DNA from: Trichosphaerium sp. ATCC 40318
Taxonomy: Eukaryota > Protista > Tubulinea
Length of the DNA stretch: 64,000 nt
Reading direction: 5' to 3'
NCBI GenBank assembly: GCA_038496445.1
Contig: JALMLS010000336.1
Location: 124,001 to 188,000, forward strand
This document shows, piece by piece, positions 63,571 through 64,000 of the stretch (the stretch's first letter is position 1; each line of letters begins with the position of its first letter). The translations under genes and the position numbers were made by a program. The notes beneath the pieces are model-generated. The model did no database searches. It saw only the letters and a program-made list of their open reading frames with translations, and had not been told where the DNA came from.

Positions 63571-63837
63571 CACACAAGTATTACTACTTCACAGTCAGGT
63601 ACAGCCGCGTATGGAGTGCACTTAATTAAATGCTCTAAGTCTTTTTTTTTTGTTACTTCACGTGACAGTCGAATCTCGTTTGTTTTGAGTAGTAAAGTCT
63701 CCGTTACCCACTCTGAAGATTTATAGTAATGTTGCCAACAGCGCTGAAACGTATACGTTTTGTACAAAACGACTGCTTTGGTGTAAAGTTATAGTTGACT
63801 TAACACAAACTTACTGTAACACAACGTGCGCAAGATT

Positions 63838-64000
63838 ATGAATTTTTCTGGTGTTTCTCTTGAGCAGGTGCTTACCTATTATCGTAACAATCATGTGGAG
63901 TTGTTCAGTACCATTGCTCCAAAAAATCAACAAACAATCATGGCTCAACTCAAGAATATCCTCAACGTATTTAATACAAGTCTACAACAAACACTGGACA
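63838..64000 (+). CDS. Possible 5' end of an unknown gene running off the window
   Basis: ATG 63838 opens a frame with no stop before the window end, divergent from FPGS. Confidence 0.3.
   Translation, partial: MNFSGVSLEQVLTYYRNNHVELFSTIAPKNQQTIMAQLKNILNVFNTSLQQTLD

Noticed and set aside
1-64000. Alternative genetic code or prokaryotic/viral origin of the whole window; CRISPR, tRNA, rRNA
   Set aside because: Apparent in-frame stops are explained by short spliceosomal introns, and genes end in TAA, TAG or TGA. No spaced repeat arrays or structural RNA signatures were seen.

Overview
A gene-dense, AT-rich (~35% GC by eye) stretch of a eukaryotic nuclear genome with many very short introns (mostly 40-100 nt), so the ORF track shows only exon fragments. 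All gene models below were spliced by hand. The gene mix suggests a free-living amoebozoan protist (inference, not proven): an ERp38-type PDI without KDEL, a class-C GPCR, a Zn-cluster/PAS factor, a homeobox gene, a Rac-like GTPase and F-box/NHL/MORN genes. About 24 intact genes can be modelled. Housekeeping genes: RPC4, mRNA capping enzyme, PAK1IP1/Mak11, HOGA1, GSTZ, SDR, PDI, BolA, a PPR-like protein and FPGS. Regulators: an atypical Rho, a Zn2Cys6-PAS factor, a homeodomain protein and a large class-C GPCR. There are also several secreted or surface proteins with bacterial-type domains, and an accessory set of F-box/ubiquitin/repeat genes and pseudogenes. No tRNA, rRNA, CRISPR array or intact transposon was seen. 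The most striking observations: (1) the palindrome CACGTG occurs at least 52 times (about 6 expected), many inside tiny introns, and is coupled to an unusual GYACG 5' splice-site consensus with at least 9 GC-AG introns; (2) a class-C 7TM receptor whose ectodomain is built of LamG, cadherin-like and jelly-roll modules instead of a Venus flytrap; (3) a tunnel-metalloenzyme triphosphatase fused to the guanylyltransferase; (4) an intronless K48R ubiquitin variant head-to-head with a frameshifted F-box-MORN gene; (5) a 5-nt microexon inside the catalytic motif of a bacterial-type, 19-intron glycoside hydrolase-like gene.
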